This document shows positions 47,737-53,297 of a DNA stretch of 53,297 bases, piece after piece. Under the pieces are notes generated by a model. The model was not told the DNA's origin. It worked only from the letters and a program-made list of their open reading frames with translations, and did no database searches. Numbering within the stretch: the stretch's first letter is position 1; the number at the start of each line of letters is the position of its first letter. Origin of the DNA: Candidatus Micrarchaeum sp. GTDB lineage: Archaea; SpSt-1190; DYHY01. Made by a program: the position numbers and the translations under genes. Where the stretch lies: the NCBI GenBank assembly GCA_020723935.1, contig DYHY01000007.1, positions 1 through 53,297 on the forward strand. Direction: 5' to 3'.

Positions 47737-48724
47737 CCTCCTCCGATACGAGCGCGAATTCCCCTTCAAATAGGCTTCGCCCGCCGGCGACCCTCACCTG
47801 CTTGCAGGGGAGGAGCGGGTTCGCCTGTCCGCGTTCGTAGAAGACCGCCTTGACCTTTCGCGCAAGGATTTCCTGCGCCCTCAATCCAGACGTCTCCCGC
47901 ACGAGGAGGAGCATCCCCACCTGCTCGCCGAGCTTGAGAATCACAACCCTAGAGCCGGAAAGCTGCCCGATCGAGCGCTTCACGCCCTCGGAGGAGACGG
48001 ACGCGCGCTCCAAAGCGGCCCTGTTCTGGACGAGGACCACTGGCTTTAGGAGATGCGTTTCCACGCTCCTCGGACGTTGGAAAGCCTCGGCCCGCCTTTT
48101 CCGGAGCTCCTCCTTCTCGCGTTCCGTTTCCTTGAGCCTCTCGACGCTCTCCTCCAGGGCCCGCACGCGCTCCTTGAGCAGGCGTATCCTCAGGAAATCC
48201 GGCTGCTTCACCCTGGCCGGGACGGGCTCGGGCTCAAGGACCCGTTTCTCCTCCTCGGAGACGTTCTTGGCGAGGCCCTTCAGGACGAGATAGACCCTCT
48301 CCTTCCAGCCCTCCGGGAATTTCCGCCGCGCCCGGTCGATCACCTGGCTCGTCGAAAAGAGGCAGAAAAGCGCCGCGGCCGCGGCGTCGCGCTCGTGGAC
48401 GTCCAGGCCCCCCGCGGTGTTCTCGAAGACAATGCGCTTCTTCTCCAGAATCGAGAGCGAGGTTTCCGGCGCCCACGTCCTGCAGCCGAAAGCGGCCGCA
48501 AGCTTCCTCGTCGCATCCTGCGCGGGCGCGACATCGGATGCGAAAGCCGCGGGGACGCAGTGATCCCCTATCAAGCTCACGGCGTCCTCAAAGGACATCC
48601 CGGCCCGGCTCCGGGCGAGGATCAGCCGCCCGTCGAAATCGACCGCGGCGACCGCCGAGGTGTTTCCCGGGTCGAAGCCGACGATTGCATATTCGCGGCC
48701 GTCCAGGTTTTCTTGCGGGACCAT
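47663..48724 (-). CDS. DUF460-domain protein (RNase H-like N-terminus plus coiled coil)
   Basis: 'IVGFDPG.T.AVA..D..G', 'ASDV.P', 'HERDA.AAA'. Confidence 0.82.
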   Translation of the reverse strand: MVPQENLDGREYAIVGFDPGNTSAVAAVDFDGRLILARSRAGMSFEDAVSLIGDHCVPAAFASDVAPAQDATRKLAAAFGCRTWAPETSLSILEKKRIVFENTAGGLDVHERDAAAAALFCLFSTSQVIDRARRKFPEGWKERVYLVLKGLAKNVSEEEKRVLEPEPVPARVKQPDFLRIRLLKERVRALEESVERLKETEREKEELRKRRAEAFQRPRSVETHLLKPVVLVQNRAALERASVSSEGVKRSIGQLSGSRVVILKLGEQVGMLLLVRETSGLRAQEILARKVKAVFYERGQANPLLPCKQVRVAGGRSLFEGEFALVSEEDGMLSRDEERRWNQAYLRFVASSS

Positions 48725-48728
48725 CAGC

Positions 48729-49223
48729 TCACCCTTTGATCAGGCGCCTTGCACGCGCCTTCCTGGTCTGGGTTATCCCCATTATGCACATGCCCTTCTT
48801 CGGGATGCCGTAGATCAGGATCGAGCCGACCGGGGCGAGCGCGATCACCGCAAGGCCGGCGAGGTCCTCCTCGCCCTCCACGGCGACGGAGCAGGGCTTC
48901 CTTACGGAGAGGTCCACCGCCTTCCAAAGGGCCTCGGTTATCGTCCCCGCTGGATTTTTCGCGCGCACTTTCGCCTTGCCGACGGAAGCCTTCCCGATTG
49001 CAGCCAGTTCGCTCCTTGGAATCCTGCGCCTGCGGGTCCTGCCGTCGTGGAAGATGCTCCAGGTCGCCCCAGCCGGGACGGCGAGGATGCTCGCGTCCCC
49101 GACCACGAAGACCTTGCCCTTGGTGCGCCAGCCCGCCGGAAGATCGCCCCGGACGATCCTGCCGCGCCGCTTCGCGCGCAGGAAGCGCAGATGCTCGTCC
49201 TTGAGGATGTATTTGAGCTTCAT
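48729..49223 (-). CDS. DUF359 GTP-dependent dephospho-CoA kinase family
   Basis: 'VGD', 'DG.T.R', 'NPAGTIT', 'VEGEEDL', 'YG.P..G'. Confidence 0.85.
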   Translation of the reverse strand: MKLKYILKDEHLRFLRAKRRGRIVRGDLPAGWRTKGKVFVVGDASILAVPAGATWSIFHDGRTRRRRIPRSELAAIGKASVGKAKVRAKNPAGTITEALWKAVDLSVRKPCSVAVEGEEDLAGLAVIALAPVGSILIYGIPKKGMCIMGITQTRKARARRLIKG

Positions 49224-50104
49224 TTCCCGGCCCCCTCTCCCTTCCCCGTTTTGCCGCCGGCCTCCCACGCCTTCACCAGGTCCAGGCACCTGACAAGGGT
49301 CCTGTCCGACACCTTCTCGACGGGCCCGCGGGCTTCCTTGAGGACCTCAATCGTCATGAATTTCGCGCGCGTCTTCTTCTTGAGGAGCTTCATCTGGGCC
49401 GCGAGGTCCAGCTCCCCTGAGAAGACCGGATAATGGTCTATCCCCTTCTTGATGTTGTGGAAATGGACCGCCGCCATCCTCTTCCCTAGCGCCGAGACCC
49501 ACTTGGAAAGGTGCCTGTCGTCCTTCCCGACGGCTTCGTTCGTCACCCAGTTGATTATCCCGGCGTGGCCGACGTCCAGGCAGAAATTCACCTTGGACGA
49601 ATTCACTATGGCCTCGACATACGCGCCCATCCCGAAAAGCGGCTCCGGCGTGTTCTCGAAGGTCGCGACGATGCCCAGCTTCTTCCCGACGGCCGCGATT
49701 TCTCCGCAGCTCTGGACCGACGCCCGCAGGACCGCCATTTCGACTTCCTCCTCGGACAGGCCCGAGAAATCCTCCCCCGCGTCCCCGTGGAAGTTGAAAT
49801 AGAGGGGCGAGAACTGCCTCGTCCAGGAAAGGAGGTTCGCCATGAACTCGACGGAAGCCATCCTTATCAGTTCCCGCGGGCTCCCTATCTCCATCCCGGC
49901 CGGCGGGGCGTGGAAGGAGAAGGCAATCTCGTTCTTCCTCGCGGCCGAGAAGATCTTGCGGAGTTCCGTCTTCCCCAAAGTCTCCGGCCAGGGGAAATCC
50001 AGGCTCACCTCGACGTAATCGAAGCCGAGGGTTGCCGCCCGCTCCACCTCGTCCTCAATCGACGAGATATTGCCGTGCCAGACAGGAAGGCCGTACCGGA
50101 ACAT
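49220..50104 (-). CDS. Sugar phosphate isomerase/epimerase (AP endonuclease 2 TIM barrel)
   Basis: 'GFDYVE', 'HAP', 'FENT', 'CLDVGHA', 'HFH', 'DH.P...G'. Confidence 0.85.
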   Translation of the reverse strand: MFRYGLPVWHGNISSIEDEVERAATLGFDYVEVSLDFPWPETLGKTELRKIFSAARKNEIAFSFHAPPAGMEIGSPRELIRMASVEFMANLLSWTRQFSPLYFNFHGDAGEDFSGLSEEEVEMAVLRASVQSCGEIAAVGKKLGIVATFENTPEPLFGMGAYVEAIVNSSKVNFCLDVGHAGIINWVTNEAVGKDDRHLSKWVSALGKRMAAVHFHNIKKGIDHYPVFSGELDLAAQMKLLKKKTRAKFMTIEVLKEARGPVEKVSDRTLVRCLDLVKAWEAGGKTGKGEGAGK

Positions 50105-50236
50105 CCTTTCGCGCGCAAATGCGCGCCCCTTTTCACTCTATCGCTTTCCAGGAGGCCCCCGAATCCGGGCTTTTTGTCCGAAGACAGTTTTAAAAAGGGA
50201 CCAAATGGCCGGCAGCGCGAAGGCGAACGAGAGAAG

Positions 50237-50683
50237 ATGCACAAAGGCGTCGACTCCAAGATAATCGCCCTCCTTGAGGAGAACGCAGCGCTCACGAACT
50301 GGGAAATAGGGGAGAAGCTGAAGCTTCCGACGACGACGGTGCACAACCGCATCAAGAAGCTCGAGGAACGGGGGATTATCAAGAAGTACAAGGCAGTCCT
50401 TGACAAGTCGAAGATGGGGAAGCCGATAACGGCGGTTGTCCACGTCAACCTTGACTTTTCCGGGTACAGCGGGAAGGACAAGATGTCCCAGGAGGACGTC
50501 TGCAAGAAGATCAAGAAGGTGGCGGGAATCGAGGGCGTGATGATAATCACGGGCGACTACGACATAATCGCCAAGGCTTCCGTCGGCACGAAGGAGGAGC
50601 TTTCCGGCCTCGTATCCGAGATACGGAGCATGGACGGCGTCACGAAGACGGTGACGAGCCTGGTCCTTCAGGAGTTCGACTGA
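50237..50683 (+). CDS. Lrp/AsnC family transcriptional regulator
   Basis: HTH 'TTVHNRIKKLEE.GII..Y', 'TGDYD', 'GV..T.T'. Confidence 0.93.
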   Translation: MHKGVDSKIIALLEENAALTNWEIGEKLKLPTTTVHNRIKKLEERGIIKKYKAVLDKSKMGKPITAVVHVNLDFSGYSGKDKMSQEDVCKKIKKVAGIEGVMIITGDYDIIAKASVGTKEELSGLVSEIRSMDGVTKTVTSLVLQEFD

Positions 50684-50782
50684 TTTTTCTGGGTTAATTC
50701 AATTACAGAATATCAGGTTGACTTCTGATTTCCTTCTTTTTAGAGTTCATTAGAGTCAAAAAAACCCATATTTTTGTTCTTT
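50684..50782. terminator. T-rich tract between convergent lrp and lhr genes, putative archaeal terminator(s)
   Basis: TTTTTCT directly after the lrp stop and further oligo-T/oligo-A runs. Confidence 0.35.
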
Positions 50783-50887
50783 CTGAATTCCAGTAACGAA
50801 CATCGGTTCTTTCGTGGCCACCACGCGCGCCAGAGGCGCGAAAATATGAACTTCCTCTATCCACCTTCCGGCCGGTTTATGCGTCCG

Positions 50888-53297
50888 CTACGCATCGCTC
50901 CAATAGATCCTCGTCCTTGCGTACGTTTTTTCGGCCTTAATTATCTCGCCAAGCAGTGCTTCCTCGTCCTTCCTCCCGACTTTCGCAAGGACGCGCCCCG
51001 CCGTTTCCGGCCCTATTCCGTAGCCGGCGAGGACGAGGAAAGCAGTCTTTCCGTAGCTCAAGTAAAGGTCGGCCGTCTTCCTCGCCTGCCTAAGAGTCCT
51101 CTTCTCGGTTTCCGTCGGATCCGTCTTCGCAAGGAGCTGCTGGCTCTCCTTCCGAAGAACTCCTATCAGCTTCGCGCCGCAGGAGGGGCATGCGAAGCCC
51201 GTGTTCTTGACGGTCACTTCCGACTTCCATTTCTTGCAGTTGAAGCAGACGAGGGGCATGCGCCTGTCCTCGAGGCGCGATTTCACGATTTCCAGGACCT
51301 TCTTCCTCGGGTATCTCCCGAAGACAATCTCGGGGTTGTACTTGTCAATCATGCGCTCCGAGAACCGGGTGACCTTGTCAAGGAACCTTATTTTGAGCTT
51401 TCCTTCCTTCAAACGCTTTGAAATCTCCTTCGTCTTCGGGACGTCCATCTTCTCGAAGAGATATTCGTTCATCGTCTCCTCGAAGACGACCGAGCCGAAA
51501 TACACGTCAACGAGCTTCTGGATGGATATCTTGGAGAAGACCGCGTCGCGCGAAATCACCCCAAACTTCTTCGCTATCTGCAGGAACCTCTGCTTGAAGG
51601 AGGGGCTGTTCTTGAGGATGGAACGAAGGGACATCTCTATCTTCTCCTCGTCCATCGAAACGAGGATCTCGCGCAGGAACGCCCGGTCGTAGCCCGTCCC
51701 CGGGAACTTGATGAAGATCCTGTACGGATCCGTGCGCAGGCCGACGCTTTCGCCGTATTTGAGGGAAAGGTAGGAGGCTAGAAGCCTGCCAAGAGTCTCG
51801 TTCGTCTTGTTCCCGAAGAAGGCCCGGATGACGACGAAATCCACGCCGCATTCTATTCCGAGCTCATCTTGGGGAAAGGCGCCGCATTTCCTGACGTCCT
51901 CCTCAACAAGATCCCTCGTTTCCTCGTCCCAGAAGCGCGAATACCTGGATTCAAGGCCCGAGAAATCCTCCCGCAGATTCCCGACCTGGCTTGCGACGAT
52001 GTATTCGACGGGCATGAGTTCCCCCGACCATTCGGGCACGTTGTACGCCTTTTGTGCCTCCTCAACGAAGATCTTCTTTTCCTCCTTGGAAATCACGCGC
52101 CAGGAAAGGCCGCGGCAGATGAAGGAGCTGCCCAAGTCGAGCTCCGCCCCGAATTCCTCGTCGATTTGGGCTATTTTCTCCTTGCTATCCAATTTCACGA
52201 CGTCGAATTTCTTGATGTCCTTGATCATTGACAGGTTGTGGAAAAAAAACTCGAATGCAGGCCGTTTTATCCCGAGCGTCCCATCTTCAGCCACTTTCAG
52301 GAGCCGCAGGCGCAACATCAGTTCCAAGACGTCCTGGAATTCGGCGGCCGTCAGGAGCTCGAAGTGCTTGGTCTTCCTGAACGTCTCGAAAGCGCGCGCC
52401 GGGGTATAGCCCCTCTCGAAAGCCATGGCAGTCAGCTGGTTTGCCAATACATCCAACGGCTTGTTCTCGACCTCGAAGGGCTCCAGGACCCCCGACACGG
52501 CGAAATCGGCTATTACCGTCGCCTCAAGGGCGTCGTCAGGATCGACGACAAAGATTTTGCCTTCGGAAACCTGGGCGAGGGTGTGTCCGGCCCTTCCGAC
52601 ACGTTGGGTTATGGCATCGACGCGCCTGGGGGACATATATTGAACGACCAAATCGACATGTCCTATGTCTATTCCGAGTGCCATGGACGATGTCGCGACA
52701 ATTGCGCTCAATTCTTTGCTTTTGAAGTCCTTTTCAGTCCTTATTCGCGAATCTTTTGAAAGCGATCCGTGATGGACACTCACCCGTTCTTCTAGCTTCT
52801 TTAAACGAAAACCAAGGATTTCTGCAGTTTCTCGCGTGTTTACAAAGACAAGAATTCCCTTTTTTACATTGATAAGCTCATAGAGACGTTTTATTCTCGA
52901 GTAGGTGCTCGGCGTCGTGCTTATTTCGTCGGCTATTTCCTCGTCCTCTTCGGAGCTTTTCGGCGCTTCTATTTTTATTTCGAACTTTTTTTCGTCTTTG
53001 GGATTTATTATCAACACTTCCTTGCTGGAAGAGCCGCGCATGTATTTTGACACTATTTCCGGATTAGAAACAGTAGCCGAAAGACCTATCCTTACAAAAT
53101 CACGGTTTATTCGGTTTTTTAGCCTTTCCAACCCCACCATGAGCTGGCAACCGCGCTTGTCGTTGATGATTTCATGGATTTCGTCTATCAATACGAACTC
53201 GACGTTCTTCAGATGCTCCTGCATCCTCTTGCCGATGAGAATTGCTTGGAAGGTTTCGGGCGTCGTGATGAGGACGTGTGGCGGATCCTTCGCTTGG
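50888..53297 (-). CDS. Lhr-like DEAD/DEAH-box helicase, 5' end beyond window
   Basis: 'TTPET', 'IDEIH', 'GLSATV', 'FVNTR', 'HHGSLS', 'LGIDIG', 'QRVGRAGH', C-terminal zinc finger and 'GIGPETA'. Confidence 0.92.
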   Translation of the reverse strand, partial: QAKDPPHVLITTPETFQAILIGKRMQEHLKNVEFVLIDEIHEIINDKRGCQLMVGLERLKNRINRDFVRIGLSATVSNPEIVSKYMRGSSSKEVLIINPKDEKKFEIKIEAPKSSEEDEEIADEISTTPSTYSRIKRLYELINVKKGILVFVNTRETAEILGFRLKKLEERVSVHHGSLSKDSRIRTEKDFKSKELSAIVATSSMALGIDIGHVDLVVQYMSPRRVDAITQRVGRAGHTLAQVSEGKIFVVDPDDALEATVIADFAVSGVLEPFEVENKPLDVLANQLTAMAFERGYTPARAFETFRKTKHFELLTAAEFQDVLELMLRLRLLKVAEDGTLGIKRPAFEFFFHNLSMIKDIKKFDVVKLDSKEKIAQIDEEFGAELDLGSSFICRGLSWRVISKEEKKIFVEEAQKAYNVPEWSGELMPVEYIVASQVGNLREDFSGLESRYSRFWDEETRDLVEEDVRKCGAFPQDELGIECGVDFVVIRAFFGNKTNETLGRLLASYLSLKYGESVGLRTDPYRIFIKFPGTGYDRAFLREILVSMDEEKIEMSLRSILKNSPSFKQRFLQIAKKFGVISRDAVFSKISIQKLVDVYFGSVVFEETMNEYLFEKMDVPKTKEISKRLKEGKLKIRFLDKVTRFSERMIDKYNPEIVFGRYPRKKVLEIVKSRLEDRRMPLVCFNCKKWKSEVTVKNTGFACPSCGAKLIGVLRKESQQLLAKTDPTETEKRTLRQARKTADLYLSYGKTAFLVLAGYGIGPETAGRVLAKVGRKDEEALLGEIIKAEKTYARTRIYWSDA

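Noticed and set aside
32456-50683. GC-skew switch at the origin
   Set aside because: recJ is C-rich on the plus strand but lrp is G-rich; hand samples are inconsistent and a computed cumulative skew is needed
1-53297. Genome-wide stop-codon reassignment (TGA=Gly/Trp or TAG=Pyl/Gln)
   Set aside because: TGA (e.g. 1705-1707, 6137-6139) and TAG (e.g. 2896-2898, 9609-9611) end full-length conserved genes right before the next gene; only isolated internal stops occur
1-53297. CRISPR array, rRNA, integrase or transposase
   Set aside because: No regularly spaced repeats, rRNA-like tracts or recombinase motifs seen; the only clustered repeats are the ORB boxes

Overview
High-GC archaeal chromosomal segment. 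The evidence is PolD DP1/DP2, Cdc6/Orc1, EF-1beta, NAC, PAC2, eL41, archaeal SecDF and TATA-type promoters; the gene content looks DPANN/euryarchaeal-like, but taxonomy cannot be fixed from sequence alone. 1-15.4 kb: surface-glycan biosynthesis cluster (WbpB/E/D-like enzymes, RfbF, two UDP-GlcNAc 2-epimerases, GT2/GT4/GT-C, flippase-like protein, RHH-nucleotidyltransferase fusion, PMM). 15.8-32.4 kb: housekeeping genes, tRNA-Arg(GCG) and a second lipid-linked glycosylation cluster. 32.4-41.4 kb: cdc6-DP1-DP2 operon, a replication origin with four ORB boxes, an ORF missing from the ORF track that fuses a PPAT/CoaD-like domain to a winged-helix domain, and a RecJ-family nuclease. 41.4-43.7 kb: low-GC island with a MazG-like pyrophosphatase and a nuclease-helicase (DUF2075-like), a candidate defence module. 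43.7-53.3 kb: a decayed ABC permease and mixed housekeeping genes. About eight reading-frame disruptions occur, including in-frame stops in secD and the flippase-like gene; they may be consensus errors or real. All family assignments come from motif recognition, not database searches.
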